From assembly GCA_964428965.1 (NCBI GenBank), contig CAYSAF010000002.1, forward strand, positions 20,985-84,984: a stretch of DNA of 64,000 nucleotides. The letters are read 5' to 3'. Source of the DNA: Candidatus Woesearchaeota archaeon (lineage in GTDB: Archaea > Nanobdellota > Nanobdellia > SCGC-AAA011-G17 > VGLX01). Positions within the stretch are counted from its first letter, which is position 1. Each line of letters opens with the position of its first letter. This document shows, piece after piece, positions 56,820-64,000 of this stretch. Made by a program: the position numbers and the translations under genes. The notes beneath the pieces were generated by a model. That model worked only from the letters and a program-made list of their open reading frames with translations. It was not told the origin of the DNA and ran no database searches.

Positions 56820-57092
56820 TTACTTTAACTTCTTGAATTTTTCGCGCATCTCATCGTTAGAATCTTTCAAACGCTTAACAGCTTCGTTGAGAGCGGTCTT
56901 CGGATTCTTTGAAGAGGTCTCAACAACCAGGACTGGCTTGCTAACCAGAGAGTGAGACAACTCATAGCCAGAAATCTTAACATCCTTATCGTTCCATAAT
57001 TCCTTCCTCAAAGCGTTAACAAAGGTGTGGTCCTCACCCACAATTTCCAGCTTAAGGAAGTTTTTACTCTTCTCAAGAACCTTAATTTCCAT
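56820..57092 (-). CDS. rpoL: DNA-directed RNA polymerase subunit L (Rpb11 homologue)
   Basis: 'LKLEIVGEDHTFVNALRKEL...GYELSHSLVSKPVLVVET' is the Rpb11/RpoL motif 'GEDHTLGN'. Confidence 0.75.
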   Translation of the reverse strand: MEIKVLEKSKNFLKLEIVGEDHTFVNALRKELWNDKDVKISGYELSHSLVSKPVLVVETSSKNPKTALNEAVKRLKDSNDEMREKFKKLK

Positions 57093-57275
57093 GCAATAAA
57101 CCTTAAAGAAAACGGTTTTTAAACCTTTCTATTCTTTAAACCTAATTTCGAAAGAAACGCGTAAGTTCTTTCTTGCTAAAGTAATCATGCTACGATATTT
57201 AATAAAATAGTAAAACCTAGAAACTGCGGGTTTTAGCCAGAAAGATTTAAATAAGGTTTTGAATAGAGTATCATT

Positions 57276-58520
57276 ATGGACCTGTTCATACTACTTACTT
57301 ATGTAGCAGCTTTTTTTGGTATATTTTGTAGTTCTGTATATTTACTAACATTTTATGAAAATAAGGAAAAAATATCCAATCCAAAACCAAAAAAACTGTT
57401 AAGTGTTAGTATAATAGTACCCGCCTTTAATGAAGAAGGTAGAATCAAAAGAAGTGTAGAGTCTTTGTTAAATTTAAATTATCCAAAGGAATTGATTGAA
57501 ATAATATTGGTTGATGATGGGTCTACTGACAACACTTTAAATGAGATGAAAATGTTTGCTTCAGACAATGTAAGTGTGCTACACAAAAAGAATGGTGGAA
57601 AGGGAAGCGCCTTAAATTTAGGTATAGCAAATGCAAAAGGTGAGATAATAGTTTCATTGGATGCAGACTCCTTTGTTGATAAGGATGCATTAATCAACAT
57701 GATAGGCTATTTCGGAGATGAACGTTGTATGGCTGTAACCCCTTCGATGAAAATTTGGAAGCCAAAAACTATATTACAGAAAATACAATTTATTGAATAT
57801 TTGTTTGGCCTATTCTTGAGAAAGATGTCTGCATTCCTTGGTTGCATTAATGTAACCCCAGGTCCTTTTAGCGCTTACAGAAAGTCATTTTTCAAAAAAT
57901 ACGGGGGTTATGACGAAAACAATCTAACGGAAGATATCGAAGTTGCATTGAGGATCCAAGCTAATAACTTCATAATAGAGAATTCACATGATGCATATTC
58001 ATACACAGTAGGCCCATCAAAATTCAAGCCTTTGTTCAAACAAAGAGTCAGATGGTACTTAGGATTCATAAATAACACATTGAGGTATAGACGATTATTT
58101 AGCAAAAAATATGGTAATTTAGGGCTATTTTTTATGCCAAGTGCTTTTATATTCGCAGGATTTAATATAGTTTTTGTAGCTTACATGATGAGTAAATTAG
58201 TAGATAGTGTTTATAAAGCTCTTTTCAATTTATGGTCAATAAACTTTGATTTCTTTAAAACCATAACATTCAAAGTTGATACGTTCTACCTACTACCAAA
58301 CATGATAACTATCATAACGCTCGTTACATTAGCAGTAGTTATATTGGAAATTTGTATAGCAAGAAAAATATCTGATGACAAAAGGAGGGTAGTATTGCCA
58401 TTTATTCTATCAACAATATTTTACGCTCCACTTTTTGCCATTTGGTGGTTTACTTCATTTTTATTTAAAATTAGTGGGAAAACCATAAGATGGTCTGGCA
58501 CGTCATGGAAGAAAGATTAA
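57276..58520 (+). CDS. Processive family-2 glycosyltransferase of the cellulose/chitin/hyaluronan synthase type, with flanking TM helices
   Basis: Motifs are 'LVDDGSTD', 'SLDADS' (DxD), 'LTEDIEVAL' (TED) and 'KQRVRWYLG' (Q(R/Q)xRW). There is one N-terminal TM and about four C-terminal TM helices. Confidence 0.75.
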   Translation: MDLFILLTYVAAFFGIFCSSVYLLTFYENKEKISNPKPKKLLSVSIIVPAFNEEGRIKRSVESLLNLNYPKELIEIILVDDGSTDNTLNEMKMFASDNVSVLHKKNGGKGSALNLGIANAKGEIIVSLDADSFVDKDALINMIGYFGDERCMAVTPSMKIWKPKTILQKIQFIEYLFGLFLRKMSAFLGCINVTPGPFSAYRKSFFKKYGGYDENNLTEDIEVALRIQANNFIIENSHDAYSYTVGPSKFKPLFKQRVRWYLGFINNTLRYRRLFSKKYGNLGLFFMPSAFIFAGFNIVFVAYMMSKLVDSVYKALFNLWSINFDFFKTITFKVDTFYLLPNMITIITLVTLAVVILEICIARKISDDKRRVVLPFILSTIFYAPLFAIWWFTSFLFKISGKTIRWSGTSWKKD

Positions 58521-58521
58521 A

Positions 58522-59157
58522 ATGGATCAGAGAAACATTCCAAAAATCAGGTTTTTAACTGCATTTTTTCTAGCGGCTTTCATATTTTTGTTAATAATAT
58601 TAGTCAATAATTATTTCAGTGAAGCTAAACTGAGCAGATTAAACTCAATATACAATGATGCAAGAATAGATGTCATGGATGCGGATGTACAGTACAGCAT
58701 TCTCTCTGAAAATCCCTGTCAGGCATTAAATTTTGAACCTATGACCAATGAACTTTTTGAATTGGGAAATAAATTAACAACAATGGAAGAGAGGTTAGGG
58801 AAAAACAACAAAGAAGTCCTTGACTTGAAAAAATATTATTCTATTCTGGAAGCAAGACAGTGGTTGTTTCTGAAAAAGGCCTCAAAGGAATGTAAGATAA
58901 ACACAAAACCAATACTGTTTTTTTACTCTAATGAGGAGGACTGCGGAGACTGCGAACAACAGGGATTTGTGCTAAGTTATATAAGAAAAGCCTTGCCAGA
59001 CGTTTATGTTTATTCCTTTGATACAAACCTTAACATATCAGCAATAAGGGCATTAAAATTGAATTATAATATAACCCAAGTACCATCATTAGTAATCAAT
59101 GACAAAACATACATAGGATATATGGATACAGATATTTTGATTAGTACTATGTCTTAA
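58522..59157 (+). CDS. Membrane-anchored thioredoxin-like-fold protein. It may be a partner of the processive GT2.
   Basis: N-terminal TM 'FLTAFFLAAFIFLLIILV'. 'YSNEEDCGDCEQQGFVLSYIRK' is a CxxC-type motif in a Trx-like context. Its start abuts the GT2 stop. Confidence 0.4.
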   Translation: MDQRNIPKIRFLTAFFLAAFIFLLIILVNNYFSEAKLSRLNSIYNDARIDVMDADVQYSILSENPCQALNFEPMTNELFELGNKLTTMEERLGKNNKEVLDLKKYYSILEARQWLFLKKASKECKINTKPILFFYSNEEDCGDCEQQGFVLSYIRKALPDVYVYSFDTNLNISAIRALKLNYNITQVPSLVINDKTYIGYMDTDILISTMS

Positions 59158-59260
59158 GAATTATGGAACTGTCTACAGAGAATTTCTTAACAGAAATCAG
59201 TGTTAAACAAAGTTCCTTAAAAACAGAAAGTTTTAAATCATAAAAAAATATTTTTAAATC

Positions 59261-60331
59261 ATGGTTAGAATACTTTACGGTGTCTGCGGCGAGGGCATGG
59301 GCCACGCAACCAGGTCAAAAGTGGTGATAAAACACCTGCTAGACAAGAAACACGACGTTCACATCGTTGCGAGCCACAGGGCATACGAATTTCTAGCAAA
59401 AACATTCCCAAAAGTAACGCAGATACCGGGATTCACTATGTACTACGAAGAAAACACCATGAAAACACTCAAAACCATATGGAGGAACATAAAATACCCC
59501 GGAAGTGGAAAACAAGCACTAAGAACAGTGCACAGCATAATAAAAAAAGAAAAACCTGACATAATAATAACAGACTACGAACCAAGCGTGGCATACCTAT
59601 CAAAAATAGTGGAGGGAAAAAACAAGAAAGGCACACCGCTGATAAGCATAGACAACCAGCACATATACACAAACTGCGAAATAAAATTCCCAAAAAAATT
59701 CATGAGCGATTACATAATGGCAAAGATATGCAACAGGTTCATAGTACCCAAAAAGAATGTGGACAGGTTCATAGTAAACACGTTCTTCTACCCAAAAATA
59801 AAGAACAAAAAAACAAAACTGATACCAGCCTTAATAAGAGAAGACGTGATAAAAATGAAACCAAAAAAGGGAAAACACATACTCATTTACCAAACATCAA
59901 AAAGCTACACAGCGATGTTTGACATACTGAAAAAATTCAAGAAAGAAAAATTCATAGTATACGGTTTTGGGATATACAAAAAAGACCAAAACCTAACCTT
60001 CAAGGGATTCGACGAGAAGGGATTCATAAAAGACCTGGCAACAAGCAAGGCAGCCATAACAAACGGGGGCTTTACGATGATGTCAGAAGCGCTGTTCCTA
60101 AACAAACCGGTTCTAAGCGTGCCAGTAAAGAAGCAATTCGAACAGGTATGTAACGCAGTATACCTAAACAGGGAAGGTTACGGAAAATTCATCGAAGAGA
60201 TTACAGAAGAAAACCTGTCAGAATTCATAAACAACCTTGAGCATTACCACAACAACCTGAAAAGGTACAAACAGAAAGACAACAAGAAGGGGCTAAGCGT
60301 AATAGACAAAACGATACAAGAGCTATGCTGA
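59261..60331 (+). CDS. GT-B glycosyltransferase of the MJ1255/TIGR00661-like UDP-glycosyltransferase/MGT family
   Basis: 'MVRILYGVCGEGMGHATRSKVV' is the Gx(G)HxxR N-terminal motif of this family. C-terminal 'NGGFTMMSEALFLNKPVLSVP'. Confidence 0.5.
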   Translation: MVRILYGVCGEGMGHATRSKVVIKHLLDKKHDVHIVASHRAYEFLAKTFPKVTQIPGFTMYYEENTMKTLKTIWRNIKYPGSGKQALRTVHSIIKKEKPDIIITDYEPSVAYLSKIVEGKNKKGTPLISIDNQHIYTNCEIKFPKKFMSDYIMAKICNRFIVPKKNVDRFIVNTFFYPKIKNKKTKLIPALIREDVIKMKPKKGKHILIYQTSKSYTAMFDILKKFKKEKFIVYGFGIYKKDQNLTFKGFDEKGFIKDLATSKAAITNGGFTMMSEALFLNKPVLSVPVKKQFEQVCNAVYLNREGYGKFIEEITEENLSEFINNLEHYHNNLKRYKQKDNKKGLSVIDKTIQELC

Positions 60332-60946
60332 ACTTATTCTCCAAAAACCAACCTTAAACTTGTGAAACCTCTTCCTATGAAAAGGCATGGTCATCCTTAT
60401 AGGGAAATCAAAAACCAAACAACGCTTGGCAATAAAACTGTTGTCGCTAGAAAATTTTGCTATGAAAGAATCAGACTCCAGCTTGTGAAAACTGTAAATA
60501 AGAGGCGAAACACTAATAGCCTTCGACAAAAACAAGCGGTCAGCATGAGGTTTCTGAATCCCAAAAGGAGGGTTCTGAACAACGATGTCAACCTTATCAG
60601 AAAAAAGACCAACATCCTTGTTAACAAAAACAGCTTTGAACTTTTTTCCAAGCCCGTTCTCTAACAACTTAAGGTTCTGCTTTGCCAGGGTTATGGCATT
60701 CTTATCAACGTCAACAAAAAAAACCTTTTTGGCATTCAAGGCAAGAGCACCCAAACCAATAATGCCGTTACCGCAACCAAAGTCAGCAACCAACCTGCCC
60801 TTAAAACCGTCATTCATGTGAATAAACCACAAGGCATCGGCAGCCATCTCGGCATCGGTAGTATACTGCTCAAGAGAAGAAGAAGGCTTGTCAAAAAGCT
60901 TAAACTTAGAAAGCAGAATGGCAAGGTCTTTCTTTTTCATAATCAA
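60323..60946 (-). CDS. Class I SAM-dependent N6-adenine/HemK-like methyltransferase (METTL5-like putative rRNA methylase)
   Basis: 'VADFGCGNGIIGLGALALNAKKVFFVDVD' is motif I. 'IVVQNPPFG' is motif IV (NPPF). Confidence 0.65.
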   Translation of the reverse strand: MIMKKKDLAILLSKFKLFDKPSSSLEQYTTDAEMAADALWFIHMNDGFKGRLVADFGCGNGIIGLGALALNAKKVFFVDVDKNAITLAKQNLKLLENGLGKKFKAVFVNKDVGLFSDKVDIVVQNPPFGIQKPHADRLFLSKAISVSPLIYSFHKLESDSFIAKFSSDNSFIAKRCLVFDFPIRMTMPFHRKRFHKFKVGFWRISSA

Positions 60947-61419
60947 AACTTCCTGAACCTTATCAAATCCCCTATGGTTAAGGTATTATCCTTAAAATCA
61001 AGCCTCTTAGGCTTAGAATCATCCTTCTTAATCTCTTCCAATAACTTAATCTTAAGGAAAAGCTCAAGCTTCCTAGCAACGTTAACAGGAGGCTCCAACT
61101 GTGAAGATTCAATCTTTTGGATAACTGAAACCTTCTCAGCAACAGCCTTGGCCAACTCTTCCTGGTTGTAAAGCATCTTCTCACGAGCAGACCTAACCCT
61201 AGCAGCATAATCCTGCACAACAATTAGCAGGGGTTGAGGCTCAGGTTTCCTAACGGGAATTACTTGCCTCTGCTTAGGCTGCTCTTTAACCTCAAACTTG
61301 GGAGCTATCTCGATAACATTACCAAACTTAGAACACCTACTGCAAACATCCATCATAGAACCGTCAACAATCGCTTTGACTGTAGGTCCCTCCCTTCCGC
61401 ACATATCACAGGTTGGCAT
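60943..61419 (-). CDS. mbf1: Archaeal multiprotein bridging factor 1 (zinc ribbon plus HTH-XRE)
   Basis: N-terminal 'CDMCGREG...CSRCSKFG' zinc ribbon. The C-terminal 'LYNQEELAKAVAEKVSVIQKIESSQLEPPVNVARKLELFLKIKLLE' is XRE-type HTH. Confidence 0.7.
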   Translation of the reverse strand: MPTCDMCGREGPTVKAIVDGSMMDVCSRCSKFGNVIEIAPKFEVKEQPKQRQVIPVRKPEPQPLLIVVQDYAARVRSAREKMLYNQEELAKAVAEKVSVIQKIESSQLEPPVNVARKLELFLKIKLLEEIKKDDSKPKRLDFKDNTLTIGDLIRFRKF

Positions 61420-61504
61420 AGCCGCTAAAAGACTGTAAAAGTTTAAATAATTTTTGATAACGAATAGTTATCATTCAAGCGAATGCACTTCCCATAATCA
61501 AAAA

Positions 61505-62824
61505 CTAAAAAATCCCAGATTCTTCCAAAGGTCTCTTGTTAAACTTCCAAATTCCAACGTAATCATTCGAATAAACAAGCTCGAAACTTTCGCTGTATTT
61601 AAGTAGGAATAATAAATCCTGATCCTCCTCAACCCATACCCTAGACCTCATATCCTCATCAACCCAGACGTAAGAAATGCCTCCAGACTTTATCAAGTTA
61701 GTTGCCCTTTCTATATCCCTTGTGTATAGCAGAGCATTATTTGCAACGAAAGGCTTTTTGGCAAAGTCAATCCAGTACTCCCTTGAAACGTGGGAGAAAA
61801 CAGCCCCTTCAGGAAGATCTCTCAGAGCGTACAAACCATCGACCACATCCCTGTTGGGAAGTCCGTTAATTACCCAGCTCATGTAAGAAAAGCTAGAGAT
61901 AAACAAACCAAGAATCATTATTAACAGAGTCAAATACTTTATTGACTTACTCCTCCAATGACGCTCAAAAAGAACCTCCAAACCAAGAGCAGAAAGCAAA
62001 ACGAGTATGAAGTTAAGATAAGACAGGGCCCTGAGGTTGAAAAAAGAAAAAACAATCAAGAGAATCATAGACAAGTAAAGGTAAAGGTAAACATATTTAT
62101 CCTTCCAGAAGAACTTCAAACCGAAAAAAGATAAAATCATCAAGAAAACGCCCAAACCAAAAGGACCCCCAAAATCTGAAACAAAGCTGCCGAAAGAGAA
62201 GAGATTCTCGGCAGGGAAAAACAGCAGAATAATAAGGGAAGGTAGGGCGTAGAGGAACAACCTGAACCTCTTGACTTTAAAAGAATAAAACAAGAGAAGG
62301 AACAAAGCAAGAACGAGATTGAACAAGCCGAAAAAGGCTACCAGATAAAACATCGCAAGAGCCGGAATATTTTTCTTATTCAACAAGAGATAAAAAGCAA
62401 ACAAAAGCAGGAAGGCAACAAAACCAAAATCTGTAAGGGTGCTGAAAAGAAAAACAAAACTTGGGGAAAAAATAAGCAGCAGGGAAGAAAGTATGACAAT
62501 CCAGTACCTGAAGCCGAGATTCTTCAGTATGGAGAAAAAAAGCAGCAGGGAAAAAACACCCAGCAAGATAGGCAGCACTTTAGCAACAAGAAAAACGTCA
62601 AGCCTAAAAACATAAGAAAAGAAAGAAAGTATGTAGCTTACACTGCCGTGACCGAGATGAAAGTAAGCCTCAAAACCGTAAAGAAGGTTAAACCTTGGCC
62701 TAAGAAAAACAGGCAGGACCAAAGTCAAGGCACAAATAATCACAAGCAGCGCCCTAACAGCGAACCTTGTAGAGGGATACCTCTCCAGCTTTTCTATACT
62801 CGACAAAACATTTTTCATCTTCAA
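61505..62824 (-). CDS. Polytopic membrane protein of 439 aa, possibly a GT-C-like glycosyltransferase
   Basis: About 11-12 TM helices with a C-terminal soluble segment of about 90 aa. It sits next to another similar membrane protein. Confidence 0.35.
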   Translation of the reverse strand: MKMKNVLSSIEKLERYPSTRFAVRALLVIICALTLVLPVFLRPRFNLLYGFEAYFHLGHGSVSYILSFFSYVFRLDVFLVAKVLPILLGVFSLLLFFSILKNLGFRYWIVILSSLLLIFSPSFVFLFSTLTDFGFVAFLLLFAFYLLLNKKNIPALAMFYLVAFFGLFNLVLALFLLLFYSFKVKRFRLFLYALPSLIILLFFPAENLFSFGSFVSDFGGPFGLGVFLMILSFFGLKFFWKDKYVYLYLYLSMILLIVFSFFNLRALSYLNFILVLLSALGLEVLFERHWRSKSIKYLTLLIMILGLFISSFSYMSWVINGLPNRDVVDGLYALRDLPEGAVFSHVSREYWIDFAKKPFVANNALLYTRDIERATNLIKSGGISYVWVDEDMRSRVWVEEDQDLLFLLKYSESFELVYSNDYVGIWKFNKRPLEESGIF

Positions 62825-63980
62825 CGTAACTCAAATTTTGAACGTTATAAAACTTTTTAGCCCTAGGTGAGAAATAAATGTAATCGATATCATACTTCTC
62901 CAAGAGCTGTAAAGCCTTAACCTCTGAAACAGAGGTGTAAATCTCCTGAACATCACTGTACCGCGTGTTAACGAAAGGAGCACCCAAAAAGTCAGAATCC
63001 ATGACATCCTTCCTTTCACAAATTGAGGTGATGTAATGACCCTCGGAGAACAACGAAAGTACTGTTGCATCATTCTCGGCACCGTCCTTAACCGACTGCA
63101 AAACAAGGTATTCGTCTTTCGTAAGCGTGTTACTTATAACCTGCTGAGCATTTATGAAAGAGGGGAAAGTCAGAGTAAAGAGAACAAGCAAAACAAGCAG
63201 TATTTTGAATACATTATCAAACCTTGAAAACTTGGTAATCTTCAAGTACTCAAAAAACCTCAAAATGATAAGCGAAGAAGCAACAACAAGAGTGAAGCCC
63301 AAAAACATCAAGCCAACAGAAAAATTAACAAACTTAAAAGAAAGCAAGATAAGCGCAGAAAAAGCTGCGGATAGAGAAAGGAAAAAACCGATATTCTTCT
63401 CCCTGAAAAAACCTATTATAAAACCTAGTATGCCAAAAACTAGTGGAACAACACCCAACTGCAAGATAACTTCGATAAGGTTTAAATCTTTAAAGTAGCT
63501 GGCCAACATATCAGAGGGGGTGTTCTGCCACATAAACCTAAAACCGAGGGAGAGGAAAGCCCTCTTAAAAAACAAGAACTCAACTATCAAAGCCAAAAAA
63601 ACAGAAAAAACAAGCGCTTCCTTACTCAGATGGTTAAGCTCGAGGTTCTCAGCAAGGACTAAAACATAGAAGATTATGAAAGAAAGCGCAACGAAAACAG
63701 CAATGGGATGCAGCAACGGAACAACAAAACTCAAAACAAGAAACAGATAGAAGTAGGGCTTACTCCTGATGTTGACGAAGCTGTAAAACATCAACGCAAC
63801 CAATGGAATAACAAGAGAAAAGATTGAGATGTTATTCAAAGTCGAAGAAACAAGAACAGGGATAAAGGAAGACATGAGAGCAGCAACCAGTGCGGTAAAC
63901 TTATCGTTCGTAAACTTGAGAGCCAGAAGATAAACTATGAACACGAGAGAAGAAATGAAGATCGCTGGAACTACCTTCAA
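62754..63980 (-). CDS. Polytopic membrane protein of 408 aa, possibly a GT-C-like glycosyltransferase
   Basis: About 10-11 TM helices with a C-terminal soluble segment of about 110 aa. Confidence 0.35.
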   Translation of the reverse strand: MKVVPAIFISSLVFIVYLLALKFTNDKFTALVAALMSSFIPVLVSSTLNNISIFSLVIPLVALMFYSFVNIRSKPYFYLFLVLSFVVPLLHPIAVFVALSFIIFYVLVLAENLELNHLSKEALVFSVFLALIVEFLFFKRAFLSLGFRFMWQNTPSDMLASYFKDLNLIEVILQLGVVPLVFGILGFIIGFFREKNIGFFLSLSAAFSALILLSFKFVNFSVGLMFLGFTLVVASSLIILRFFEYLKITKFSRFDNVFKILLVLLVLFTLTFPSFINAQQVISNTLTKDEYLVLQSVKDGAENDATVLSLFSEGHYITSICERKDVMDSDFLGAPFVNTRYSDVQEIYTSVSEVKALQLLEKYDIDYIYFSPRAKKFYNVQNLSYVEDEKCFVEYRKAGEVSLYKVRC

Positions 63981-64000
63981 CCCGTATGGAACAAAGCTGA

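Noticed and set aside
1-64000. CRISPR arrays, rRNA genes, and integrases or transposases
   Set aside because: There are no regularly spaced direct repeats with unique spacers. There are no rRNA-like conserved blocks. No ORF has tyrosine/serine recombinase or DDE transposase motifs that I could recognise.

Overview
This 64 kb window reads as archaeal DNA, on the evidence of the genes I can recognise. These are PCNA, transcription factor S, RNA polymerase subunit L, an MBF1 with a zinc ribbon, a Hjc-like resolvase, archaeal-type signal peptidase I, a tRNA with an intron, and N-termini that look like class III (prepilin) signal peptides. Coding density is high and genes are often coupled by ATGA start/stop overlaps. 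The window falls into four parts. (1) 1-20.1 kb is a large glycan and cell-envelope biosynthesis cluster. It has GT4 and GT2 glycosyltransferases, an NAD-dependent sugar epimerase/dehydratase, a Wzx-like flippase, an LmbE-type deacetylase and a dolichol-phosphate-sugar synthase-like GT2 with a UPF0104 partner. It also has GT-C-like polytopic membrane proteins, two small methyltransferase-like ORFs, three paralogous B12-binding radical SAM enzymes and a radical SAM/SPASM protein. (2) 21-42.4 kb is an accessory surface-protein region. It has small secreted paralogues, three tandem minimal GT-A glycosyltransferases, and a pair of class II tRNAs flanking a Trm112-like gene, one of which carries an intron. 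It also has large sequon-rich secreted proteins, including an S-layer-like gene with a strong SD. The core is a long minus-strand operon of about 10.6 kb. In it, two giant paralogous Cys-rich secreted proteins (1271 aa and about 1040 aa) alternate with about five proteins carrying N-terminal KRGQ/RKG plus hydrophobic segments that look like class III signals. I consider this operon the most likely undescribed system: a pilin-associated cell-surface or attachment apparatus. (3) 44.1-52.2 kb is a probable horizontally acquired island that looks AT-richer by eye. It carries a Hjc-like resolvase, a minimal ATP-dependent DNA ligase, multi-wHTH proteins, a zinc-ribbon protein, a membrane-anchored protein with an Mrr-like nuclease domain, and an iteron-like repeat region. 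(4) 52.4-64 kb is housekeeping. It has PCNA, TFS, signal peptidase, AMMECR1, RpoL, MBF1 and a METTL5-like methyltransferase. It also has a processive QxxRW GT2 with a thioredoxin-like partner and further GT-C-like membrane proteins. I found no CRISPR array, rRNA or tyrosine/serine recombinase. All functional calls rest on motif recognition by eye, with no database searches.
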